In this document: piece by piece, positions 9,990 to 18,484 of the stretch | Position numbering within the stretch: position 1 is the stretch's first letter | How the letters are laid out: each line of letters opens with the position of its first letter | DNA from: an uncultured Candidatus Saccharibacteria bacterium | GTDB lineage: Bacteria; Patescibacteriota; Saccharimonadia; Saccharimonadales; UBA4665 | Reading direction: 5' to 3' | Length of the DNA stretch: 64,000 bases | Assembly (NCBI GenBank): GCA_964541145.1 | Contig: CAZIOX010000006.1 | Location: 1,899 to 65,898 of the forward strand | Notes under the pieces: generated by a model | Seen by the model: the letters and a program-made list of their open reading frames with translations, nothing else | What the model was told of the DNA's origin: nothing | Databases searched by the model: none | Position numbers and translations under genes: made by a program

Positions 9990-11600
9990 TTATTTTTTAA
10001 GACCAGCCAGTACAGTGCAGGCCGTTGTGCCGATTGCGGCACTGTTGGCAATAGTTTTTTTAGCCAGTGCGTCTGTCTTCAAGGTGCCAGACTTGGCTTC
10101 TTCGACCCCCCTGCTGATAATGGCTTGTATCTGGGCTTCGAGAGAGCGTGCGGGAGTTTTGGCTTGGTCCTGGACATACAGTGGCATGGTAGCGCCCGCT
10201 TTTAGCGCGTCTATAAAATCTACCGGGAGGTTGCCACCGGCAGCTCGCGTGCCAATATCGTCCGTAAATATTGGCCCATTGAAGCCATACTGTTTTGCTA
10301 AGGTATAAAATACTGCTGACTTACTCGCAGGAATGCCTGCACCTTCACCGCTGCTGGGCATAAAGGCTCCCATCATGAGGCCGGTACGTTCATTTTTCGG
10401 CACAGAAACATATGGCACAAGATCACGCTTTTTCAGTTCAGTTAGAGGTGGAACTGTCCCCGGTGCATTGTCGGTGTTGTTCGTCATACCACCGCCACCA
10501 AAATGTTTATAGACTGGGTTTATACCGTTCCCAAGCATTGATTCAGCATAGACTGTGCCAAACTGTGCAGCCACAGCCGGATCGGCACTAAATATCCTTG
10601 TTTGACCGATGGCACTTTTTGAGCCATTCTGTGGTGTCACATCGAGAACGGGGGCAAAATTGGTGTTTATGCCATAGCTCTTGAGAAGCTTTGCCCGGGC
10701 ACTCATCAAAGTGGTGACTTCGCTCGTCGGTTTTTTTGCCATGTCTTGTTGTGATGGAAAGGATTTATTTGGCGCAGTCATAAACCGGTTGACTATTCCC
10801 CCCTCGTCATCGATAGCTATCACCAGCGGCACATCAACGGCTGCTGGTGCGGCGAGCGCACGAATACCACTGGTAGGTTCCGTCATCACGATGACACCTC
10901 CGATATCGTATTTTTGGATGAGTTTTATTACATTTTGCGCAGGTGTTTTTCCATCCATGCTACTGCCATCACCCCTCACTGGGATCATAATGGTTTGGGC
11001 GATAAGTTTTTCGATAGGCAAGGCAGCTAACTGTGTCTCACAAGAAGCGGGCGATGGAGCAATTGCGGCGCCAGGAACAGCCGTTTCATTTGGCACCGAT
11101 GGTACGCTAGGAGTGGCTGTAGTCGTCGGCTTGAGTTGGCTTGTTGCCGATGCAGAAGAGGTCGTACTCGGCATTGGACTGGTTGCGACGCTGGGACTGC
11201 CAGACAAAGAAGGATCGCTATATTTTTTTGACAACCAATAGCCTCCTGCTAGTAACGCGGCTACAGTTATCGCAGCTGCAGCCCTACGCCCCCCTCTTCC
11301 CGGCTGCAACTCCGACCCTGAAGAGTGCGGCGCAGATGACCAGGCCAGTTCAGTAGCGTTCTGTCGACCCATTTGTACGACAGTGGCGTACACCGCATCT
11401 GGCAAAAGTATTTTTCCAGTTTTAAAAAACGTTGCGAGTTGGTCTGGTTCAAGCATGTATCCATGCGCGGTAAGAGCATCTAAAACATCATTCGTTGATG
11501 GTTGCGACGTTTCTTCAGCAGTGATACCTGGCGAAATGTGTGACCCATCGCCTAGAAAAGTAATTGGTGAAACCGGTTGCTGGTTGGGTGTGTTCGGCAT
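9990..11600 (-). CDS. Membrane-anchored glycoside hydrolase family 3 (NagZ-like beta-N-acetylhexosaminidase fold) protein, 536 aa
   Basis: About 105 aa are cytoplasmic, followed by a TM helix (AAAAITVAALLAGGYWL) and an S/T/P linker. GH3 N-domain blocks are present: IGGVIVM, LVIAIDDEGG, NTNFAPVLDV, KHFGGGG and FNGPIFTDDIG. Confidence 0.8.
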   Translation of the reverse strand: MPNTPNQQPVSPITFLGDGSHISPGITAEETSQPSTNDVLDALTAHGYMLEPDQLATFFKTGKILLPDAVYATVVQMGRQNATELAWSSAPHSSGSELQPGRGGRRAAAAITVAALLAGGYWLSKKYSDPSLSGSPSVATSPMPSTTSSASATSQLKPTTTATPSVPSVPNETAVPGAAIAPSPASCETQLAALPIEKLIAQTIMIPVRGDGSSMDGKTPAQNVIKLIQKYDIGGVIVMTEPTSGIRALAAPAAVDVPLVIAIDDEGGIVNRFMTAPNKSFPSQQDMAKKPTSEVTTLMSARAKLLKSYGINTNFAPVLDVTPQNGSKSAIGQTRIFSADPAVAAQFGTVYAESMLGNGINPVYKHFGGGGMTNNTDNAPGTVPPLTELKKRDLVPYVSVPKNERTGLMMGAFMPSSGEGAGIPASKSAVFYTLAKQYGFNGPIFTDDIGTRAAGGNLPVDFIDALKAGATMPLYVQDQAKTPARSLEAQIQAIISRGVEEAKSGTLKTDALAKKTIANSAAIGTTACTVLAGLKK

Positions 11601-11612
11601 ATGCTATTTCTC

Positions 11613-12209
11613 CTATTGGCGAGCAGTTTCTTGGGTAAGCGGTACGGTCACTTGAGCTGTGTTGCGCACATTTGTTGGCACGGTGGGAGTAGGCAGTTTC
11701 GTAGGGTCTGAGGGAGGAGATGCTTTCGTGGGCAAAGGTGATCGTGTAGGTAGAGCCGGTTTTGTTGGTGTGGCCGAACGTGTAGGCGACTGAGTCGGAA
11801 CAGATTTTGGATAGTCGTCTTTTATGTCGATTGCGCTCAGTAAGCCGATGAAAGGCTCAAAAAAATTATTAATCACCCGTTCTGCGCGTACTTTTGGTAA
11901 ATCATGCACAGCGTTGACTCCAACATTGACACACGATGGTAAAAAGAACGTAGCTGCAACGAACCAGAAAACTCTACGTCCCTGGCCAGTTCGCTTCTCT
12001 GGTTTGGTACTTTGCTCAGCTAGGCGGATATCCCGAATAGCCTCTGCAATTAGCTGGATATCAGGACGCAGCACGAATCGACCTGTCTCTGTATAGATTT
12101 TATCTACCAGGTCATCCCCTACCGGCACACCACTAAACTCAAGAGCACCAATAACATCCGCTGGGTATAATGCTTCCTGACGATCTGCTTCTTTTCTCCG
12201 AAATCCCAT
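11613..12209 (-). CDS. Single-pass membrane protein, 198 aa, P/T-rich C-terminal tail
   Basis: AAGGAG lies 11 nt upstream of the ATG. The TM helix is VFWFVAATFFLPSCVNVGV, and the tail is PTRSATPTKPALPTRSPLPTK. This is the first gene after the promoter region, and its stop is 12 nt before the GH3 start. Confidence 0.65.
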   Translation of the reverse strand: MGFRRKEADRQEALYPADVIGALEFSGVPVGDDLVDKIYTETGRFVLRPDIQLIAEAIRDIRLAEQSTKPEKRTGQGRRVFWFVAATFFLPSCVNVGVNAVHDLPKVRAERVINNFFEPFIGLLSAIDIKDDYPKSVPTQSPTRSATPTKPALPTRSPLPTKASPPSDPTKLPTPTVPTNVRNTAQVTVPLTQETARQ

Positions 12210-12300
12210 GTAGTTCCGTGCTCCTTACTGGCGTTCTTTAGTGGCACCTAGACCTATTCGACTGTATTGAATTACTCTCTTTTCGTTGTTTGTCAAATAC

Positions 12301-12328
12301 ATTATACTCTCATGTGTATTTTTGACAA
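12301..12328 (-). promoter_or_regulatory. Sigma-70-like promoter candidate for the minus-strand cluster
   Basis: On the minus strand the sequence reads TTGTCA, 16 nt, TATAAT. It lies about 90 nt upstream of ATG 12209 in an AT-rich divergent gap. Confidence 0.4.
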
Positions 12329-12367
12329 GTCTACAATATTATTTAGTGAGCGTGTTTCTTGACAGAG

Positions 12368-12395
12368 TTGACTATTTTGATGTTTGTGGTATTAT
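12368..12395 (+). promoter_or_regulatory. Sigma-70-like promoter candidate for 12445..13248
   Basis: TTGACT, 16 nt, TATTAT, about 50 nt upstream of the ATG. Confidence 0.3.
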
Positions 12396-12444
12396 TTTGT
12401 ATATTGGTCAAATGTGTTTCCTGTAATAGAGAGTTGAGGTTTAT

Positions 12445-13248
12445 ATGTCTGGAAGTGATTTTGGTGGTAATTGGGCTGGGATAGATGTACATGGGATCAT
12501 GAGTAGGCTTGATGCATCGCAGCTTGCCGCGGCACCGGGCCGTACGTCCCAAGTACCTGACGAGGATCCTTACGAAGGCTTCTTTCATCACCCTGACCCT
12601 GATAGTTATGCCCGACCTATCCCCATTCAGCCGACAGGTGATGTCCACGGAGATGATAGGGGACTGCCAGTACCAATAGTTTTTGCGAGCGATGACGAAA
12701 ACCGAGAAACTGCGATTACCCCTAGTCTACCCGACCCAAAGCGCGGTTTTGGGCGACGTACGCCGATAGACACCGCTGCACCTCACATGCTGCCAAGACA
12801 ACCGAGTGCTGTCGGGCGACTCACGGCAGCAACTCGTGTAAAGTTGCTCGACAGTCTCAAGGGATGGCATACGCGCTATTCGCGCTACCTACTCGACCCG
12901 ACCGAAACCCGTCCCATGAAAATAACCCCCTATGCCCTCATAGGAGCACACGCCACAGCGCTTCTGGTGGACACGGGGAATACTCCTGTTGCGTCTACAC
13001 TCGACCGTTTCTTGAGCGAAGGCAGTACTATGACTTTTTCGGGCGGAGCGCTGGCAGCAACCATACTTTTTACTATGGCAGAAGTCCGCAACTACCCTGA
13101 CGAAAAACTCGAATCGCCCATCGCTCGCCGCGTTGCCGCTGCCGCTATCCGCAACACCCTACACCCTATCACGGCTCATAGAAAACGAACGGAAAATCGT
13201 ACCTACCGAAAAGAAGCCAAAACCTCCCATAAAGCCACCCTCATCTAA
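12445..13248 (+). CDS. Hypothetical protein, 267 aa, two hydrophobic segments in the C-terminal half
   Basis: GAGG lies 6 nt upstream of the ATG. The N-terminal half is P/D-rich, with hydrophobic segments ITPYALIGAHATALLV and GGALAATILFTMA. I recognised no family. Confidence 0.55.
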   Translation: MSGSDFGGNWAGIDVHGIMSRLDASQLAAAPGRTSQVPDEDPYEGFFHHPDPDSYARPIPIQPTGDVHGDDRGLPVPIVFASDDENRETAITPSLPDPKRGFGRRTPIDTAAPHMLPRQPSAVGRLTAATRVKLLDSLKGWHTRYSRYLLDPTETRPMKITPYALIGAHATALLVDTGNTPVASTLDRFLSEGSTMTFSGGALAATILFTMAEVRNYPDEKLESPIARRVAAAAIRNTLHPITAHRKRTENRTYRKEAKTSHKATLI

Positions 13249-13360
13249 TCGCACAGCTACATCAAGGCCATAGTTACCCTCTAAGGAGCACTATCAAACT
13301 AAATTTTTCTATATTCACGTAACATATGGTAAAGTTATTTATTATTAAGGAGGAAATGAA

Positions 13361-13798
13361 ATGATAGGCATGCGTGAAAGAGTAGTCGGTATGGGGCTTT
13401 TTGGTCTAGGTGCGTTAGGAACAGTGTATGTTGGTCAACTCGCTCTTGGAACAGTTTCGGACATTGATGCTATCCAAAACCGGCCAGCTCCAATTGTAGC
13501 TGCAACTGGAAGTGTGCCAGAAAATGTCTTTGGTACGACGCAAAATCTTGTGAAACGTTTTGGAGATATTGTGAGTGATGAATGGACAATGGCCCGGTCA
13601 GCAGTTAATTTGGGTACGCTCAGTACAAGTGAGAAGCAGATTGCATCAAAAACCGAACATGCCAACACACAGTTTTTCCTCGCCGGACTCTCAGCCGCAA
13701 TGTGTGTAGGTAGCGGTTTGGTCATTGCAGGCAAAAACCCTGCGCCACTTGCAAAAACTATCGTAAACCGTACACCTCTACTCCGCGGTCGTAGTTAG
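13361..13798 (+). CDS. Small membrane protein, 145 aa, 2 TM helices
   Basis: AAGGAGG lies 7 nt upstream of the ATG. The TM helices are GLFGLGALGTVYVGQLALG and FFLAGLSAAMCVGSGLVIAG. Confidence 0.6.
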   Translation: MIGMRERVVGMGLFGLGALGTVYVGQLALGTVSDIDAIQNRPAPIVAATGSVPENVFGTTQNLVKRFGDIVSDEWTMARSAVNLGTLSTSEKQIASKTEHANTQFFLAGLSAAMCVGSGLVIAGKNPAPLAKTIVNRTPLLRGRS

Positions 13799-13909
13799 CT
13801 TCGGCACGCTCTGTTATTCTAACTAGTCAGAAGTATCTTTTTCGCTATCTTTGGTAGGAACAGATGAAATACAGCATGCGAGCTCGAAGTCGTCCTGCCG
13901 CATTCGTTA

Positions 13910-13950
13910 CAAGATAAAACGACCAGTCGACGACTGGTCGTTTTATCTTG
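13910..13950. terminator. Bidirectional intrinsic terminator (41-nt perfect palindrome)
   Basis: caagataaaacgaccagtcg, a, cgactggtcgttttatcttg. The core is a GC-rich 10-bp stem followed by a U-tract on both strands. It abuts the CCA end of tRNA-Trp. Confidence 0.8.
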
Positions 13951-14023
13951 GCAGGGGCACGTGGAATCGAACCACGATCTAGGGTTTTGGAGACCCTTAT
14001 ACTAACCGTTGTACTATGCCCCT
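13949..14023 (-). tRNA. trnW: tRNA-Trp (anticodon CCA), CCA encoded
   Basis: The reverse complement is AGGGGCATAGTACAACGGTTAGTATAAGGGTCTCCAAAACCCTAGATCGTGGTTCGATTCCACGTGCCCCTGCCA. It folds as a cloverleaf with a 7-bp acceptor stem, anticodon loop CUCCAAA and T-loop TTCGATT. Confidence 0.95.
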
Positions 14024-14111
14024 TCGACAGGTTAGGTTAAACCGATTAAATTATAGCGTGTACTGCCCAGAATACCAACGCTGTAAAACAGTGGGGTATA
14101 CTATAAGTACT

Positions 14112-14792
14112 ATGAAATTCTCGACTCAACCAGTTGCAGCCGCAAATAAGGCAGTGTTTGATTTCCTCACAGCTCAGCTAACGACGGGTAAAAAAGTTTT
14201 ATGGCTGACGAGTGGCGGGTCATGTATTGCTCCTCAGGTAGACATCATGGAACGACTGAGACAAGCCAGCCCAAGCGTGTTACCAGCATTAACCATCCTC
14301 CCAGTTGACGAACGCTATGGCTCAAAAGGCCACAAACACTCAAACACAGCTCAGATGAGAACGGCTGGCTTTGATTCGTATACCGCCGCCTGGCATGATG
14401 TCCTCAAAAGAAATGAACCGGTGCAAGAAACAGTGTCATACTACTCTGAGCTTGTTTCAGACACACGTGCCGTCGCCGATGTAGTGGTGGCGACTCTTGG
14501 CATGGGTGCCGACGGCCATACCGCTGGCGTTTTACCCGGGAGCCCTGCCGTAACAGATACAGTTTCCACTGTGGTTGGGTATAGCTGGTCTGATTACGAG
14601 CGTATGACACTGGGCATATCCACACTTCTGAAGATCGACCATGTCTGGCTGCTCGCATACGGAGAAGGGAAAAAGCAAGCACTCGAACGGCTACATGCAA
14701 ACTCGGAGCCTATCGAAAAATTGCCTGCTAAAATCTTGTATGACATTGCGAACGTCACCGTCTATAATGACTACATAACTACGGAGGAATAG
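14112..14792 (+). CDS. pgl: 6-phosphogluconolactonase
   Basis: I moved the start to ATG 14112 (MKFSTQP) because the ORF-track start 14016 overlaps tRNA-Trp. Supporting motifs are LWLTSGGS, LPVDERYG and LGMGADGHTAGVLPGSP. Confidence 0.85.
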   Translation: MKFSTQPVAAANKAVFDFLTAQLTTGKKVLWLTSGGSCIAPQVDIMERLRQASPSVLPALTILPVDERYGSKGHKHSNTAQMRTAGFDSYTAAWHDVLKRNEPVQETVSYYSELVSDTRAVADVVVATLGMGADGHTAGVLPGSPAVTDTVSTVVGYSWSDYERMTLGISTLLKIDHVWLLAYGEGKKQALERLHANSEPIEKLPAKILYDIANVTVYNDYITTEE

Positions 14793-14795
14793 CGT

Positions 14796-15719
14796 ATGAA
14801 AATTGCCGTACACGGCCTGGGTCGGATGGGCATGCAGATTGCACGGAAGCTCGCCGAAAGTGGTGAACACGAAGTCTTTGCACACAACCGCAGTCCAGAG
14901 CCTATGGAGGTAGCATCTGGCTATGGGGCAAAACCCTTCCCTGTTGTAGACGATATCCCAGGTGCATTTGGTCAAGACCAGGCGGTGGTGTGGGTAATGC
15001 TGCCCGCTGAAATTACCGACCGAGTCGTCACTGAGTGGACGCAGCGATTGCCAGCTGGTTCAATCATCATCAACGGCGGCAACTCAGACTTTCGCAACAC
15101 ACGGACACTCAACGAAGCCGTGCGGGCAGCTGGTATGGAGCTGATCGACATCGGTGTAAGTGGTGGCATATGGGGGTACCAAAACGGCTTTCCGCTCATG
15201 TGTGGCAGCGACAGTGAAACGGCATTTGAGGTCATCAAACCCGCACTCGAAACCCTCGTTCGTCCGGGAGGAATGTACGCACGCTTCGGTGCCAGCGGCG
15301 CTGGACACTACGTAAAAATGGTACACAACGCTATCGAATACGGCATGATGCAAAGTCTCGGCGAAGGCTTCCGCCTCCTGCACGACGGCCACTATGCGGG
15401 ACAGATCGACCTGGCTGTGGCCGCAGACTTGTGGCAACACAACAGTGTTATTACGAGCTGGCTCACCGAACTCAGTCGTGACGCCCTCCGCGAAAATCCG
15501 GAACTCGAGGGCGTTTCGGGATACGTAGCAGAAAGTGGCGAAGCACGCTGGACACTCGAAGCCGCCAAAGAGCTCGGAATTGATCTGCCCGCTATTCAAG
15601 CCGCTTTCAATGTCCGACTGCGCTCACAACAGGGTGAAACCAACTTCGCTACCAAGGTCGTCGCCGCACAACGTAACAAGTTTGGCGGACACAATCTCAA
15701 CGGTGAAGGAGCGGCCTAA
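14796..15719 (+). CDS. gnd: 6-phosphogluconate dehydrogenase, short (~300 aa) decarboxylating type
   Basis: Rossmann N-terminus MKIAVHGLGRMGMQIARKL, plus GVSGGIWG and GAGHYVKMVHNAIEYG. Confidence 0.85.
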   Translation: MKIAVHGLGRMGMQIARKLAESGEHEVFAHNRSPEPMEVASGYGAKPFPVVDDIPGAFGQDQAVVWVMLPAEITDRVVTEWTQRLPAGSIIINGGNSDFRNTRTLNEAVRAAGMELIDIGVSGGIWGYQNGFPLMCGSDSETAFEVIKPALETLVRPGGMYARFGASGAGHYVKMVHNAIEYGMMQSLGEGFRLLHDGHYAGQIDLAVAADLWQHNSVITSWLTELSRDALRENPELEGVSGYVAESGEARWTLEAAKELGIDLPAIQAAFNVRLRSQQGETNFATKVVAAQRNKFGGHNLNGEGAA

Positions 15720-15745
15720 ATGACCGCCCGCGGAGAGGACGCATA

Positions 15746-17128
15746 GTGGACTACCGAGACAAACCGCTCCTGCTCGTCATTTTTGGAATTACCGGTGACC
15801 TCGCACAGCGCAAATTACTCCCTGCCCTGTACAATCTTAGACGCAAACATGCACTACCCGAACGCATTCGTATCGTTGGACTCAGTCGGCAAAGCGTCAG
15901 TACCAAAACAATTTACCAGGGGCTTACCGAACGTTTTGCGGGAACCGACTTTGACCCAGAGATTATCGACTATCTCACACGTATCACGGACATGGTGCAG
16001 CTCGACATGGCAAACCCAGACGATTACGCCCAGTTGCGGTTACAACTCCACGACATAACGAGAGAGCTCGGTGGTGGTGTCGGCCGGCTCTACTATCTTT
16101 CTATCCCCTCTCAGGCATTCAAGGAAGTCGTCACCCAGCTCGGTGCGACCGGTCACAATCAGCCGTTCGCTGAAGATGTCGACCAGCCGAGAATACTGGT
16201 CGAAAAGCCATTTGGCTACAACACAGCCTCTGCCAAAGAACTGATTGCCGCTATCGACAATAGCTTTGGCGAGCAACAAACATTTCGGATTGATCACTAC
16301 CTCGCAAAAGAAACAGCGCAAAATATCCTAACCTTTCGGTTCCGCAACCCGTTGTTCCAGGCCATGTGGAATACGCGGCACATCGACGCTATTCATCTAT
16401 CGGCTCGCGAAGCTATCGGTATAGAGGGGCGCTCGGGTTTTTATGAACAAACGGGCGCGCTCCGCGATATTTTGCAAAGCCATTTGCTGCAACTGCTCGC
16501 GCTGTTTACCATGGAAAGCCCTGCGCGGTTTACCAGCGCCGATATCCACCGAGCAAAACTACGGCTGCTCGACAGTGTTGCGACAATCGAACGTGAAGAG
16601 CTGTACGAAAAAGCCATTCGTGGCCAGTACTCAAGCTACCGTAGCGAGGTAAATAACCCTCATTCAAACACCGAAACGTATGCTAAGCTCCACCTGTCGA
16701 TCGACAATGAGCAGTGGCGAGGCGTCTCCGTCGTACTCGAAACTGGCAAGGCGCTGTCCGAAAAATGCACTGAGGTTACCATCCGTTTTCGACCGACGTC
16801 TGACATTTCTGGCACAAACGCGCTTATCTTCCGCCTGCAACCGAGAGAAGGCATAACGTTGAAGCTACAGGCCAAGCAACCCGGACTCGACAATGAAACC
16901 GAAGAAGTCGAAATGGACTTTGACTACGCAAAATCTTTTGGTGGCACCTCAGAAGCATACGAACGCGTCATCATCGATGCGGTTCGAGGTGACCAGGCAC
17001 TGTTCGCGTCGAGCGCGGAAGTGCTTTCTTCCTGGCGAATCGTAGAGAATGTTCTTGAAGCATGGTCCGAATCTGACAACGGATTACACCTGTACGAAAC
17101 TGGTGCATCGCCAGAAACAATTCTCTAA
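15746..17128 (+). CDS. zwf: Glucose-6-phosphate 1-dehydrogenase
   Basis: GTG start. Motifs are LVIFGITGDLAQRKLLPALYNL and RIDHYLAKE. Confidence 0.9.
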   Translation: MDYRDKPLLLVIFGITGDLAQRKLLPALYNLRRKHALPERIRIVGLSRQSVSTKTIYQGLTERFAGTDFDPEIIDYLTRITDMVQLDMANPDDYAQLRLQLHDITRELGGGVGRLYYLSIPSQAFKEVVTQLGATGHNQPFAEDVDQPRILVEKPFGYNTASAKELIAAIDNSFGEQQTFRIDHYLAKETAQNILTFRFRNPLFQAMWNTRHIDAIHLSAREAIGIEGRSGFYEQTGALRDILQSHLLQLLALFTMESPARFTSADIHRAKLRLLDSVATIEREELYEKAIRGQYSSYRSEVNNPHSNTETYAKLHLSIDNEQWRGVSVVLETGKALSEKCTEVTIRFRPTSDISGTNALIFRLQPREGITLKLQAKQPGLDNETEEVEMDFDYAKSFGGTSEAYERVIIDAVRGDQALFASSAEVLSSWRIVENVLEAWSESDNGLHLYETGASPETIL

Positions 17129-17155
17129 ATTTTGTAAAAATTTATACAAAAGCGC

Positions 17156-17184
17156 TTGTGCTTGTATGGGCTCGGGCGTACAAT
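17156..17184 (+). promoter_or_regulatory. Sigma-70-like promoter candidate for the alpha-glucan genes
   Basis: TTGTGC, 17 nt, TACAAT, about 45 nt upstream of ATG 17228. Confidence 0.3.
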
Positions 17185-17227
17185 GTATTCGTAAACACAA
17201 CAATCATACAAACATAGGGACGCGCAC

Positions 17228-18484
17228 ATGAGGGTACTAATGCTTGGGTGGGAACTTCCACCATACCACACCGGTGGTATGGGGATTATTTGTTATCAAA
17301 TGTGTAAACAGCTCGCCCGTAGCGGCGCAGATATTGAGTTCATCCTCCCCTTTACCGCAGATTTTTCGCACATCGATTTTATGCAAGTCAACCCGGCGCT
17401 TCCGGATGGGGTCGAGACCGTCATTGGTCAAACTGCTGGCAGTACCTATGATAGTCAGTATTTTGAATATGTTATGCCCGATGGTACGCGGCGCGGCGCG
17501 GCCATGTCCGAACACCAAACTGCGTATGCAAGCTATGTGAGTACACTGGTTCGGCGTAAAGAGTACGATGTCATCCATGCCCACGATTGGCTGACGTTCC
17601 GGGCAGCTCTCGCTGCCAAGCAAGCCACCGGTCTCCCCCTGTTCGTCCACATCCATTCCACCGAATATGATCGCTCAGGTGGCAACGAAGGCAACCCGCT
17701 GGTGCGCGAGATTGAGTACATTGGTCTACATCTCGCCGACAAAATTTTTGCCGTCAGTCAGGCCACCAAAGACACTATCGTCCGCGAGTATCACATCGAT
17801 CCAGAAAAGGTCGAAGTTGTTCACAATGCCATGGATTTTCAGCCGCACGAACTTGCCGAAGACAGCAGCGACAACTCCTTCCGCTACCTTCAGGCTATGC
17901 AGGCAGTCGGCTATGGTGTGGTGATCAGCGCCGGGCGCCTCACTATTCAAAAAGGCTTAACCCATTTACTCGAAGCCTTTCGTAAGGTGGTCGATATTCG
18001 TCCCAAAAGCTTATTGCTCATCGTCGGGTCGGGCGACCAATATCACGAGCTCCTTGAGCGAGCTGCCGACCTCGGCCTGAGCGGCAATGTCATTTTTACC
18101 CACCACCTCAACGGCACTGGGAAACAGTGGCGCGATGCGTTTCGAGTGGGGAACCTTTTTGTCATGCCAAGTGTGTCTGAGCCCTTTGGCATAACACCGT
18201 TCGAAGCACTTGCCTACGGCACGCCCGCTCTTGTCAGCTACCAAACGGGATCAAGTGAAATTCTCCACAATGTACTAAAAGTCGACTATTGGGACACCGA
18301 CGAAATGGCCAATCAAATCGTCGCCGTACTGAACAGCTCTGACCTTGCACAGAGCTTGACCGAAAACGGCCAACATGAACTGCATGCCCAAAACTGGGAA
18401 CATTCGGTGCAAACCATTACCCATCACTACCATCACCACACACCACGTCGCAAAACTCATGCAAGAGAGGCTGTGTATGCCTAA
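17228..18484 (+). CDS. GT-B glycosyltransferase (GT4/GT5-like, alpha-glucan/glycogen synthase-like)
   Basis: N-terminus MRVLMLGWELPPYHTGGMG and the C-terminal E-x7-E region PSVSEPFGITPFEALAYGTP. Confidence 0.75.
   Translation: MRVLMLGWELPPYHTGGMGIICYQMCKQLARSGADIEFILPFTADFSHIDFMQVNPALPDGVETVIGQTAGSTYDSQYFEYVMPDGTRRGAAMSEHQTAYASYVSTLVRRKEYDVIHAHDWLTFRAALAAKQATGLPLFVHIHSTEYDRSGGNEGNPLVREIEYIGLHLADKIFAVSQATKDTIVREYHIDPEKVEVVHNAMDFQPHELAEDSSDNSFRYLQAMQAVGYGVVISAGRLTIQKGLTHLLEAFRKVVDIRPKSLLLIVGSGDQYHELLERAADLGLSGNVIFTHHLNGTGKQWRDAFRVGNLFVMPSVSEPFGITPFEALAYGTPALVSYQTGSSEILHNVLKVDYWDTDEMANQIVAVLNSSDLAQSLTENGQHELHAQNWEHSVQTITHHYHHHTPRRKTHAREAVYA

Noticed and set aside
14016-14111. ORF-track start of the pgl gene at 14016
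   Set aside because: That start would overlap tRNA-Trp (13949-14023). An internal ATG at 14112 gives a normal-length 6-phosphogluconolactonase.
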